A stretch of DNA of 64,000 bases from NCBI GenBank assembly GCA_964016885.1, contig OZ024743.1, positions 135,284,001 to 135,348,000 on the forward strand. Reading direction: 5' to 3'. Below, one piece after another: positions 32,900 through 45,479 of the stretch. Under the pieces are notes generated by a model. It saw only the letters and a list, made by a program, of their open reading frames with translations, did not search any database and was not told where the DNA came from. How positions within the stretch are numbered: the first letter of the stretch is position 1; every line of letters begins with the position of its first letter. The stretch is from Eledone cirrhosa (lineage: Eukaryota). The position numbers were made by a program, and so were the translations under genes.

Positions 32900-35800
32900 G
32901 GTGTTTGATGTTTGGTGCTTGGTGCTTGGTGTTTGGTGATTGGTGCTTGGTGCTTGGTGTTTGATGTTTGGTCCTTGGTGCTTGTTGTTTGGTGTTTGGT
33001 GTTTGGTGCTTGGTGTTTGGTGTTTGGTGCTTGCTGCTTGGTGCTTGGTGTTTTGTGTTTGGAGTTTGGTGCTTGGTGTTTGGTGCTTTGGTCTTGGTGT
33101 TTGGTGCTTATTGTTTGGTGCTTGGTGCTTGGTGCTTGGTGCTTGGTGTTAGGTGTTTGGTGCTTGGTGCTTGGTGTTTGATGTTTGGTGCTTGGTGTTT
33201 GGTGCTTGGTGCTTGGTTTTGGTGTTTGGTGCTTGCTGCTTGCTGCTTGGTGTTTGGTGCTTGGTGATTGGTGCTTGGTGTTTTGTGCTTGGTGCTTGGT
33301 GTTTGGTGTTTGTTGCTAGGGGCTTCGTGCTTGGTGCTTGATGTTTGGTACTTGGTGCTTGCTGTTTGGTGTTTGGTGCTTGGTGCGTGGGACTTAGTGT
33401 TTGGTGTTTGGTGCTTGGTGTTTGGTGCTTGGTGTTTGGGGCTTGGTGTTCGGTGCTTGGTGCTTGCTGCTTGGTGCTTGGTGTTTGGTGTTTGGTGCTT
33501 GGTGCTTGGTGTTTGATGTTGGGTCCTTAGTGCTTGGTGCTTGGTGTTTGGTGTTTGGTGCTTGCTGCTTGCTGCTTGTTGTTTCGTTCTTTGTGATTGG
33601 TGCTTGGTGCTTGGTGTTTGGTGCTTGGTGCTTGGTGTTTGGTGTTTGGTGTTTGGTGCTTGGGGCTTGGTGTTTTGTGCTTGGTGCTTGGTGCTTGGTG
33701 TTTCGTGTTTGGTGTTTGGTGCTTGCTGTTTGGTGCTTGGTGCTTGGTTCTGGGTGGTTGGTGTTTGCTGCTTGGTGCTTGGTGTTTGGTGCTTGGTGCT
33801 TGGTGCTTGTTGTTTGGTGCTTGGTGCTTGGTGCTTGGTCTTTGGGGCTTGGTGTTTGGTGTTTGGTGCTTGGTGCTTGGTGCTTGGTGTTTGGTGCTTG
33901 GTGCTTGGTGCTTGGTGTTTGGTGCTTGGTGCTTGGTGATTAGTGTTTGTTGCTTGGTGCTTGGGGTTTGGTGGTTGGTGCTTGGTGCTTGGTGTTTGGT
34001 GTTTGGTGTTTGGTGTTTGGTGTTTGCTGTTTGGTGTCTGCTTTTTGGTGTTTGGTGTTTGCTGTTTCGTATTTGGTTTTTGCTGTTTGGTGTTTGGTGT
34101 TTGCTGTTTGGTGTTTGGTGTTTGGTGTTTGGTGCTTGGTGCTTGGTGTTTGGTGCTTGGTGCTTGGTTTTTGGTGTTTGGTGCTTGGTACCTGGTGCTT
34201 GTTGTTTGGTGTTTGGTGCTTGGTGCTTGGTGCTTGGTGTTTGGTGCTTGGTGTCTGGTGTTTGGTGCTTGGTGCTTGGTGCTTGGTGTTTGGTGTTTGG
34301 TGCTGGGTGCTTGGAGTTTGGTGCTTGGTGCTTGGTGCTTAGTGCTTGGTGTTTGATGTTTGGTGCTTGGTGTTTGGTGTTTGGTGTTTGATGCTTGGTG
34401 TGTGCTGCTTGGTGCTTGGTGCTTGGTGTTTTGTGTTTGGTGCTTGGTGCTTGGTGCCTGGTTCTTGGTGCTTGGTGCTTGTTGTTTGGTGCTTGGTGCT
34501 TGGTGATTAGTGTTTGGTGCTTGGTGCTTGGGGTTTGCTGTTTGGTACTTGGTGCTTGGTGTTTGGTGCTTGGTGCTTGGTGTTTGGTGTTTGGTGTTTG
34601 GTGTTTGGTGCTTGGTGCTTGGTGTTTGGGTTTTGGTGCTTGGTGCTTGGTGTTTGGTGTTTGGTGCTTGGTGTCTGGTGTTTGGTGCTTGGTGTTTGGT
34701 GCTTGGTGCTTGGTGCTTGGTGTTTGGTGCTGGGTGCTTGGTGCTTGGTGTTTGGTGTTTGGTGCTTGGTATTTGGTGTTTGGTGTTTGATGCTTGGTGT
34801 TTGATGATTGTTGCTTGGTGCTTGGTGTTTTGTGTTTGGTGTTTGGTACTTGGTGTATGTACTTGGTGCTTGGTGCTTGCTGTTTGGTGCTTGGTTCTTG
34901 GTGTTTGGTGATTGGTGCTTGGTGTTTGATGTTTGGTGCTTGGTGCTTGGTGTTTGGTGTTTGGTGCTTGGTGCTTGGTGTTTGATGTTTGGTCCTTGGT
35001 GCTTGTTGTTTGGTGTTTGCTGTTTGGTGCTTGGTGTTTGGTGTTTGGTACTTGCTGCTTGGTGCTTGGTGTTTTGTGTTTGGAGTTTGGTGCTTGGTGT
35101 TTGGTGCTTCGGTCTTGGTGTTTGGTGCTTATTGTTTGGTGCTTGGTGCTTGGTGCTTGGTGCTTGGTGTTAGGTGTTTGGTGCTTGGTGCTTGGTGTTT
35201 GATGTTTGGTGCTTGGTGTTTGGTGCTTGGTGCTTGGTTTTGGTGTTTGGTGCTTGCTGCTTGCTGCTTGGTGTTTGGTGCTTGGTGATTGGTGCTTGGT
35301 GTTTTGTGCTTGGTGCTTGGTGTTTGGTGTTTGTTTCTAGGGGCTTCGTGCTTGGTGCTTGATGTTTGGTACTTGGTGCTTGCTGTTTGGTGTTTGGTGC
35401 TTGGTGCGTGGGACTTAGTGTTTGGTGTTTGGTGCTTGGTGTTTGGTGCTTGGTGTTTGGGGCTTGGTGTTCGGTGCTTGGTGCTTGCTGCTTGGTGCTT
35501 GGTGTTTGGTGTTTGGTGCTTGGTGCTTGGTGTTTGATGTTGGGTCTATAGTGCTTGTTGTTTGGTGTTTGGTGTTTGGTACTTGGTGTTTGGTGTTTGG
35601 TGCTTGCTGCTTGGTGCTTGGTGTTTTGTGTTTGGAGTTTGGTGCTTGGTGTTTGGTGCTTCGGTCTTGGTGTTTGGTGCTTATTGTTTGGTGCTTGGTG
35701 CTTGGTGCTTGGTGCTTGGTGTTAGGTGTTTGGTGCTTGGTGCTTGGTGTTTGATGTTTGGTGCTTGGTGTTTGGTGCTTGGTGCTTGGTTTTGGTGTTT

Positions 35801-38800
35801 GGTGCTTGCTGCTTGCTGCTTGGTGTTTGGTGCTTGGTGATTGGTGCTTGGTGTTTTGTGCTTGGTGCTTGGTGTTTGGTGTTTGTTGCTAGGGGCTTCG
35901 TGCTTGGTGCTTGCTGTTTGGTACTTGGTGCTTGCTGGTTTGTGTTTGGTGCTTGGTGCGTGGGACTTAGTGTTTAGTGTTTGGTGCTTGGTGTTTGGTG
36001 CTTGGTGTTTGGGGCTTGGTGTTCGGTGCTTGGTGCTTGCTGCTTGGTGCTTGGTGTTTGGTGTTTGGTACTTGGTGCTTGGTGTTTGATGTTGGGTCCT
36101 TAGTGCTTGGTGCTTGGTGTTTGGTGTTTGGTGCTTGCTGCTTGCTGCTTGTTGTTTCGTTCTTTGTGATTGGTGCTTGGTGCTTGGTGTTTGGTGTTTG
36201 GTGCTTGGTGTTTGGTGTTTGGTGTTTGGTGCTTGGGGCTTGGTGTTTTGTGCTTGGTGCTTGGTGCTTGGTGTTTCGTGTTTGGTGTTTGGTGCTTGCT
36301 GTTTGGTGCTTGGTGCTTGGTTCTGGGTGGTTGGTGTTTGCTGCTTGGTGCTTGGTGTTTGGGGCTTGGTGCTTGGTGCTTGTTGTTTGGTGCTTGGTGC
36401 TTGGTGCTTGGTCTTTGGTGCTTGGTGTTTGGTGTTTGGTGCTTGGTGCTTGGTGCTTGGTGTTTGGTGCTTGGTGCTTGGTGCTTGGTGTTTGGTGCTT
36501 GGTGCTTGGTGATTAGTGTTTGTTGCTTGGTGCTTGGGGTTTGGTGGTTGGTGCTTGGTGCTTGGTGTTTTGTGTTTGGTGTTTGGTGTTTGGTGTTTGC
36601 TGTTTGGTGTCTGCTTTTTGGTGTTTGGTGTTTGCTGTTTCGTATTTGGTTTTTGCTGTTTGGTGTTTGGTGTTTGCTGTTTGGTGTTTGGTGTTTGGTG
36701 TTTGGTGCTTGGTGCTTGGTGTTTGGTGCTTGGTGCTTGGTTTTTGGTGTTTGGTGCTTGGTACCTGGTGCTTGTTGTTTGGTGTTTGGTGCTTGGTGCT
36801 TGGTGCTTGGTGTTTGGTGCTTGGTGTCTGGTGTTTGGTGCTTGGTGCTTGGTGCTTGGTGTTTGGTGTTTGGTGCTTGGTGCTTGGTGTTTGGTGTTTG
36901 GTGCTGGGTGCTTGGAGTTTGGTGCTTGGTGCTTGGTGCTTAGTGCTTGGTGTTTGGTGTTTGGTGCTTGGTGTTTGGTGTTTGGTGTTTGATGCTTGGT
37001 GTGTGCTGCTTGGTGCTTGGTGCTTGGTGTTTTGTGTTTGGTGCTTGGTGCTTGGTGCCTGGTTCTTGGTGCTTGGTGCTTGTTGTTTGGTACTTGGTGC
37101 TTGGTGATTAGTGTTTGGTGCTTGGTGCTTGGGGTTTGCTGTTTGGTGCTTGGTGCTTGGTGTTTGGTGCTTGGTGCTTGGTGTTTGGTGTTTGGTGTTT
37201 GGTGCTTGGTGTCTGGTGTTTGGTGTTTGGTGTTTGGTGCTTGGTGCTTGGTGTTTGGGTTTTGGTGCTTGGTGCTTGGTGTTTGGTGTTTGGTGCTTGG
37301 TGTCTGGTGTTTGGTGCTTGGTGTTTGGTGCTTGGTGCTTGGTGCTTGGTGTTTGGTGCTGGGTGCTTGGTGCTTGGTGTTTGGTGTTTGGTGCATGGTG
37401 CTTGGTATTTGGTGTTTGGTGTTTGATGCTTGGTGTTTGATGCTTGTTGCTTGGTGCTTGGTGTTTTGTGTTTGGTGTTTGGTGCTTGGTGTATGTACTT
37501 GGTGCTTGGTGCTTGGTGTTTGGTGCTTGGTTCTTGGTGTTTGGTGATTGGTGCTTGGTGTTTGATGTTTGGTGCTTGGTGCTTGGTGTTTGGTGGTTGG
37601 TGCTTGGTGCTTGGTGTTTGATGTTTGGTCCTTGGTGCTTGTTGTTTGGTGTTTGGTGTTTGGTGCTTGGTGTTTGGTGTTTGGTGCTTGCTGCTTGGTG
37701 CTTGGTGTTTTGTGTTTGGAGTTTGGTGCTTGGTGTTTGGTGCTTCGGTATTGGTGTTTGGTGCTTATTGTTTGGTGCTTGGTGCTTGGTGTTAGGTGTT
37801 TGGTGCTTGGTGCTTGGTGTTTGATGTTTGGTGCTTGGTGTTTGGTGCTTGGTGCTTGGTTTTGGTGTTTGGTGCTTGCTGCTTGGTGCTTGGTGTTTGG
37901 TGCTTGGTGATTCGTGCTTGGTGTTTTGTGCTTGGTGCTTGGTGTTTGGTGTTTGATGCTAGGGGCTTCGTGCTTGGTGCTTGATGTTTGGTACTTGGTG
38001 CTTGCTGTTTGGTGTTTGGTGCTTGGTGCGTGGGACTTAGTGTTTGGTGTTTGGTGCTTGGTGTTTGGTGCTTGGTGTTTGGGGCTTGGTGTTAGGTGCT
38101 TGGTGCTTGGTGCTTGGTGCTTGGTGTTTGGTGTTTGGTGCTTGGTGCTTGGTGTTTGATGTTGGGTCCTTAGTGCTTGGTGCTTGGTGTTTGGTGTTTG
38201 GTGCTTGCTGCTTGCTGCTTGTTGTTTCGTTCTTTGTGATTGGCGCTTGGTGCTTGGTGTTTGGTGCTTGGTGCTTGGTGTTTGGTGTTTGGTGTTTGGT
38301 GCTTGGGGCTTGGTGTTTTGTGCTTGGTGCTTGGTGCTTGGTGTTTGGTGTTTGGTGTTTGGTGCTTGCTGTTTGGTGCTTGGTGCTTGGTTCTGGGTGG
38401 TTGGTGTTTGCTGCTTGGTGCTTCGTGTTTGGTGCTTGGTGCTTGGTGCTTGTTGTTTGGTGCTTGGTGCTTGGTGCTTGGTCTTTGGTGCTTGGTGTTT
38501 GGTGTTTGGTGCTTGGTGCTTGGTGCTTGGTGTTTGGTGCTTGTTGCTTGGTGCTTGGTGTTTGGTGCTTGGTGCTTGGTGATTAGTGTTTGTTGCTTGG
38601 TGCTTGGGGTTCGGTGGTTGGTGCTTGGTGCTTGGTGTTTGGTGTTTGGTGTTTGGTGTTTGGTGTTTGCTGTTTGGTGTCTGCTTTTTGGTGTTTGGTG
38701 TTTGCTGTTTCGTATTTGGTTTTTGCTGTTTGGTGTTTGGTGTTTGCTGTTTGGTGTTTGGTGTTTGGTGTTTGGTGCTTGGTGCTTGGTGCTTGGTGCT

Positions 38801-39320
38801 TGGTGTTTGGTGCTTGGTGTCTGGTGTTTGGTGCTTGGTGCTTGGTGCTTGGTGCTTGTTGTTTGGTGCTTGGTGCTTGGTGATTAGTGTTTGGTGCTTG
38901 GTGCCTGGGGTTTGCTGTTTGGTGCTTGGTGCTTGGTGTTTGGTGCTTGGTGCTTGGTGTTTGGTGTTTGGTGTTTGGTGCTTGGTGTCTGGTGTTTGGT
39001 GTTTGGTGTTTGGTGCTTGGTGCTTGGTGTTTGGGTTTTGGTGCTTGGTGCTTGGTGTTTGGTGTTTGGTGCTTGGTGTCTGGTGTTTGGTGCTTGGTGT
39101 TTGGTGCTTGGTGCTTGGTGCTTGGTGTTTGGTGCTGGGTGCTTGGTGCTTGGTGTTTGGTGTTTGGTGCTTGGTGCTTGGTGTTTGATGTTTGGTGTTT
39201 GATGCTTGGTGTTTGATGCTTGTTGCTTGGTGCTTGGTGTTTTGTGTTTGGTGTTTGGTGCTTGGTGTATGTACTTGGTGCTTGGTGCTTGGTGTTTGGT
39301 GCTTGGTTCTTGGTGTTTGG
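32900..39320 (+). repeat. Higher-order domain with period of about 2.0-2.6 kb
   Basis: Offsets 2021 (33153/35174, 33268/35289), 552 (35174/35726), 2573 (33541/36114) and 2070 (36114/38184, 36516/38586). The marker GCGTGGGACTTAG occurs at ~33385, 35406, 35958 and 38028. Confidence 0.85.
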
Positions 39321-39329
39321 TGATTGGTG

Positions 39330-42300
39330 CTTGGTGCTTGGTGTTTGGTGCTTGGTGCTTGGTGTTTGGTACTTGGTGCTTGGTGTTTGGTGTTTGGTGC
39401 TTGGTGTTTGGTGCTTGGTGCTTGGTGCTTGGTGCTTGGTGTTATGTGTTTGGTGCTTGGTGCTTGGTGTTTGGTGGTGGTGCTTGGTGTTTGGTGCTTG
39501 GTGCCTGGTGCTTGGTGTTTGGTGCTTGGTGTTTGGTGCTTGGTGTTTGGTGCTTGGTGTTCGGTGCTTTGTGCTTGGTGCTTGGTGATTGGTGTTTGGT
39601 GTTTGGTGCTTGGTGCTTGGTGTTTGATGTTTGGTCCTTGGTGCTTGGTGTTTGGTGATTTGTGCTTGGGCTTGGTGCTTGGTGTTTGGTGCTTGGTGCT
39701 TGGTGCTTGGTGTTTGGCGTTTGCTGTTTGCTGTTTGGTGTTTGGTGTTTGCTGTTTGGTGTTTGGTGCTTGGTGTTTGGTGCTTGGTGCTTGCTGTTTG
39801 GTGTTTGGTGTTTGGTTCTTGGTGCTTGGTGTTTGGTGCTTGGTGCTTGGTGTTTGGTGCTTGGTGCCTGGTGCTTGGTGTTTGGTGTTTGGTGCTTGGT
39901 ACCTGGTGCTTGGTGTTTGGTGCTTGGTGCTTGGTGTTAGGTGATTGGTGCTTGGTGTTTGGTGCTTGGTGCTTGGTGCTTGGTGCTTGGTGTTAGGCGT
40001 TTGTTGCTTGGTGCTTGGTGTTTGATGTTTGGTCCTTGGTGCTTGGTGTTTGGTATTTGGTGCTTGGTGCTTGGTGTTTGGTGTTTGGTGCTTGGTGATT
40101 GGTGCTTGGTGTTTTGTGCTTTTTGCTTGGTGTTTGGTGTTTGGTGCTAGGGTCTTGGTGCTTGGTGCTTGGTGCTTGGTGCTTGGTGTTTGGTGTTTGG
40201 TGCTTAGTGCGTGGGGGCTTGGTATTTGGTGCTTGGTGTTTGGTGCTTGGTGTTTCGTGCTTGCTGTTTGGTGCTTGGTGCTTGGTGTTTTGTGTTTGGT
40301 GTTTGGTGCTTGGTGCTTGGTGTTTGGTGCTTGGTGCTTGGTGCTTGGTGCTTGGTGCTTGGTCTTTGGTGCTTGGTGCTTGGTGATTAGTGTTTGGTGA
40401 TTGGTGCTTGGGGTTTGGTGTTTGGTACTTGGTGTTTGGTGCTTGGTGCTTGCTGTTTGGTGTTTGGTGTTTGGTTCTTGGTGCTTGGTGTTTGGTGTTT
40501 GGTGTTTGGTGCTTGGTGCTTGGTGCTTGGTGTTTGGTGCTTGGTGCTTGGCGCTTGGTGTTTGGTGCTGCATGCTTGGTGTTTGGTGTTTGGTGCTTGG
40601 TGCCTGCTGCTTGTTGTTTGGTGTTTGGTGCTAAGTGCTTCGTGTTTGGTGTTTGGTGCTTGGTGCTTGGTGGCTGGTGTTTGGTGCTTGGTGTTTGGTG
40701 TTTGGTGCTTGGTGCTTGGTGCCTGGTGTTTCGTGCTTGGTGCTTGGTGCTTGGTGTTTGGTGTTTGGTGCCTGGTGGTTGGTGTTTGGTGTTTGGTGCT
40801 TGGTGCTTGGTGTTTGGTGCTTGGTGCTTGGTTTTTGGTGTTTGGTGCTTGGTACCTGGTGCTTGTTGTTTTGTGTTTGGTGCTTGGTGCTTGGTGCTTG
40901 GTGTTTGGTGCTTGGTGTCTGGTGTTTGGTGCTTGGTGCTTGGTGCTTGGTGTTTGGTGTTTGGTGCTTGGTGCTTGGTGTTTGGTGTTTGGTGCTGGGT
41001 GCTTGGAGTTTGGTGCTTGGTGCTTGGTGCTTAGTGCTTGGTGTTTGGTGTTTGGTGCTTGGTGTTTGGTGTTTGGTGTTTGATGCTTGGTGTGTGCTGC
41101 TTGGTGCTTGGTGCTTGGTGTTTTGTGTTTGGTGCTTGGTGCATGGTGCCTGGTTCTTGGTGCTTGGTGCTTGTTGTTTGGTGCTTGGTGCTTGGTGATT
41201 AGTGTTTGGTGCTTGGTGCTTGGGGTTTGCTGTTTGGTGCTTGGTGCTTGGTGTTTGGTGCTTGGTGCTTGGTGTTTGGTGTTTGGTGTTTGGTGCTTGG
41301 TGTCTGGTGTTTGGTGTTTGGTGTTTGGTGCTTGGTGCTTGGTGTTTGGGTTTTGGTGCTTGGTGCTTGGTGTTTGGTGTTTGCTGCTTGGTGTTTGGTG
41401 TTTGGTGCTTGGTGTTTGGTGCTTGGTGCTTGGTGCTTGGTGTTTGGTGCTGGGTGCTTGGTGCTTGGTGTTTGGTGTTTGGTGCTTGGTGCCTGGTGTT
41501 TGGTGTTTGGTGTTTGATGCTTGGTGTTTGATGCTTGGTGCGTGGGACTTAGTGTTTGGTGTTTGGTGCTTGGTGTTTGGTGCTTGGTGTTTGGGGCTTG
41601 GTGTTCGGTGCTTGGTGCTTGCTGCTTGGTGCTTGGTGTTTGGTGTTTGGTGCTTGGTGCTTGGTGTTTGATGTTGGGTCCTTAGTGCTTGGTGCTTGGT
41701 GTTTGGTCTTTGGTGCTTGCTGCTTGCTGCTTGTTGTTTCGTTCTTTGTGATTGGTGCTTGGTGCTTGGTGTTTGGTGCTTGGTGCTTGGTGTTTGGTGT
41801 TTGGTGTTTGGTGCTTGGGGCTTGGTGTTTTGTGCTTGGTGCTTGGTGCTTGGTGTTTGGTGTTTGGTGTTTGGTGCTTGCTGTTTGGTGCTTGGTGCTT
41901 GGTTCTGGGTGGTTGGTGTTTGCTGCTTGGTGCTTGGTGTTTGGTGCTTGGTGCTTGGTGCTTGTTGTTTGGTGCTTGGTGCTTGGTGCTTGGTCTTTGG
42001 TGCTTGGTGTTTGGTGTTTGGTGCTTGGTGCTTGGTGCTTGGTGTTTGGTGCTTGGTGCTTGGTGCTTGGTGTTTGGTGCTTGGTGCTTGGTGATTAGTG
42101 TTTGTTGCTTGGTGCTTGGGGTTTGGTGGTTGGTGCTTGGTGCTTGGTGTTTGGTGTTTGGTGTTTGGTGTTTGGTGTTTGCTGTTTGGTGTCTGCTTTT
42201 TGGTGTTTGGTGTTTGCTGTATGGTGTTTGCTGTTTCGTATTTGGTTTTTGCTGTTTGGTGTTTGGTGTTTGCTGTTTGGTGTTTGGTGTTTGGTGTTTG

Positions 42301-43700
42301 GTGCTTGGTGCTTGGTGTTTGGTGCTTGGTGCTTGGTTTTTGGTGTTTGGTGCTTGGTACCTGGTGCTTGTTGTTTGGTGTTTGGTGCTTGGTGCTTGGT
42401 GCTTGGTGCTTGGTGTTTGGTGCTTGGTGTCTGGTGTTTGGTGCTTGGTGCTTGGTGCTTGGTGTTTGGTGTTTGGTGCTTGGTCCTTGGTGTTTGGTGT
42501 TTGGTGCTGGGTGCTTGGAGTTTGGTGCTTGGTGCTTGGTGCTTAGTGCTTGGTGTTTGGTGTTTGGTGCTTGGTGCTTGGTGTTTGGTGTTTGATGCTT
42601 GGTGTGTGCTGCTTGGTGTTTGGTGTTTGATGCTTGGTGTGTGCTGCTTGGTGCTTGGTGCTTGGTGTTTTGTGTTTGGTGCTTGGTGCTTGGTGCCTGG
42701 TTCTTGGTGCTTGGTGCTTGTTGTTTGGTGCTTGGTGCTTGGTGATTAGTGTTTGGTGCTTGGTGCTTGGGGTTTGCTGTTTGGTACTTGGTGCTTGGTG
42801 TTTGGTGCTTGGTGCTTGGTGGTTGGTGTTTGGTGTTTGGTGCATGGTGTCTGGTGTTTGGTGTTTGGTGTTTGGTGCTTGGTGCTTGGTGTTTGGGTTT
42901 TGGTGCTTGGTGCTTGGTGTTTGGTGTTTGGTGCTTGGTGTCTGGTGTTTGGTGCTTGGTGTTTGGTGCTTGGTGCTTGGTGCTTGGTGTTTGGTGCTGG
43001 GTGCTTGGTGCTTGGTGTTTGGTGTTTGGTGTTTGATGCTTGGTGTTTGATGCTTGTTGCTTGGTGCTTGGTGTTTTGTGTTTGGTGTTTGGTGCTTGGT
43101 GTATGTACTTGGTGCTTGGTGTTTGGTGCTTGGTTCTTGGTGTTTGGTGATTGGTGCTTGGTGCTTGGTATTTGGTGCTTGGTGCTTGGTGTTTGGTAAT
43201 TGGTGCTTGGTGTTTGGTGTTTGGTGCTTGGTGTTTGGTGCTTGGTGCTTGGTGCTTGGTGCTTGGTGTTATGTGTTTGGTGCTTGGTGCTTGGTGTTTG
43301 GTGGTGGTGCTTGGTGTTTGGTGCTTGGTGCCTGGTGCTTGGTGTTTGGTGCTTGGTGTTTGGTGCTTGGTGTTTGGTGCTTGGTGCTCGGTGCTTTGTG
43401 CTTGGTGCTTGGTGATTGGTGTTTGGTGTTTGGTGCTTGATGCTTGGTGTTTGATGTTTGGTCCTTGGTGCTTGGTGTTTGGTGATTTGTGCTTGGTGCT
43501 TGGTGCTTGGTGTTTGGTGCTTGGTGCTTGGTGCTTGGTGTTTGGCGTTTGCTGTTTGCTGTTTGGTGTTTGGTGTTTGCTGTTTGGTGTTTGGTGCTTG
43601 GTGTTTGGTGCTTGGTGCTTGCTGTTTGGTGTTTGGTGTTTGGTTCTTGGTGCTTGGTGTTTGGTGCTTGGTGCTTGGTGTTTGGTGCTTGGTGCCTGGT
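39330..43700 (+). repeat. Block of about 4.4 kb duplicated about 10.5 kb downstream (~49860-54200)
   Basis: Offsets 10530 (39941/50471, 40394/50924, 41087/51617), 10509 (41556/52065) and 10502 (42543/53045, 43054/53556). Confidence 0.88.
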
Positions 43701-45479
43701 GCTTGGTGTTTGGTGCTTGGTGCTTGTTGTTAGGTGATTGGTGCTTGGTGTTTGGTGCTTGGTGCTTGGTGCTTGGTGCTTGGTGTTAGGCGTTTGGTGC
43801 TTGGTGCTTGGTGTTTGATGTTTGGTCCTTGGTGCTTGGTGTTTGGTATTTGGTGCTGGTGCTTGGTGTTTGGTGTTTGGTGCTTGCTGCTTGCTGCTTG
43901 GTGTTTGGTTCTTGGTGATTGGTGCTTGGTGTTTTGTGCTTTTTGCTTGGTGTTTGGTGTTTGGTGCTAGGGTCTTGGTGCTTGGTGCTTGGTGTTTGGT
44001 GCTTGGTGCTTGGTGTTTGGTGTTTGGTGCTTAGTGCGTGGGGCTTGGTGTTTGGTGCTTGGTGTTTGGTGATCGGTGTTTGGTGCTTGCTGTTTGGTGC
44101 TTGGTGCTTGGTGTTTGGTGTTTGGTGTTTGGTGCTTGGTGCTTGGTGTTTGGTGCTTGGTGCTTGGTGCTTGGTGCTTGGTCTTTGGTGCTTGGTGCTT
44201 GGTGATTAGTGTTTGGTGATTGGTGCTTGGGGTTTGGTGTTTGGTACTTGGTGTTTGGTGCTTGGTGCTTGCTGTTTGGTGGTTGGTGTTTGCTGCTTGG
44301 TGCTTGGTGTTTGGTGCTTGGTGCTTGGTGCTTGTTGTTTGGTGCTTGGTGCTTGGTGCTTGGTCTTTGGTGCTTGGTGTTTGGTGTTTGGTGCTTGGTG
44401 CTTGGTGCTTGGTGTTTGGTGCTTGGTGCTTGGTGCTTGGTGTTTGGTGCTTGGTGCTTGGTGATTAGTGTTTGTTGCTTGGTGCTTGGGGTTTGGTGGT
44501 TGGTGCTTGGTGCTTGGTGTTTGGTGTTTGGTGTTTGGTGTTTGGTGTTTGCTGTTTGGTGTCTGCTTTTTGGTGTTTGGTGTTTGCTGTATGGTGTTTG
44601 CTGTTTCGTATTTGGTTTTTGCTGTTTGGTGTTTGGTGTTTGCTGTTTGGTGTTTGGTGTTTGGTGTTTGGTGCTTGGTGCTTGGTGTTTGGTGCTTGGT
44701 TTTTGGTGTTTGGTGCTTGGTACCTGGTGCTTGTTGTTTGGTGTTTGGTGCTTGGTGCTTGGTGCTTGGTGTTTGGTGCTTGGTGTCTGGTGTTTGGTGC
44801 TTGGTGCTTGGTGCTTGGTGTTTGGTGTTTGGTGCTTGGTGCTTGGTGTTTGGTGTTTGGTGCTGGGTGCTTGGAGTTTGGTGCTTGGTGCTTGGTGCTT
44901 AGTGCTTGGTGTTTGGTGTTTGGTGCTTGGTGCTTGGTGTTTGGTGTTTGATGCTTGGTGTGTGCTGCTTGGTGCTTGGTGCTTGGTGTTTTGTGTTTGG
45001 TGCTTGGTGCTTGGTGCCTGGTTCTTGGTGCTTGGTGCTTGTTGTTTGGTGCTTGGTGCTTAGTGATTAGTGTTTAGTGCTTGGTGCTTGGGGTTTGCTG
45101 TTTGGTACTTGGTGCTTGGTGTTTGGTGCTTGGTGCTTGTTGTTTGGTGTTTGGTGTTTGGTGCTTGGTGTTTGGTGTTTGGTGTTTGGTGTTTGGTGCT
45201 TGGTGCTTGGTGATTGGGTTTTGGTGCTTGGTGCTTGGTGTTTGGTGTTTGGTGTTTGGTGCTTGGTGTCTGGTGTTTGGTGCTTGGTGTTTGGTGCTTG
45301 GTGCTTGGTGCTTGGTGTTTGGTGCTGGGTGCTTGGTGCTTGGTGTTTGGTGTTTGGTGTTTGATGCTTGGTGTTTGATGCTTGTTGCTTGGTGCTTGGT
45401 GTTTTGTGTTTGGTGTTTGGTGCTTGGTGTATGTACTTGGTGCTTGGTGTTTGGTGCTTGGTTCTTGGTGTTTGGTGAT

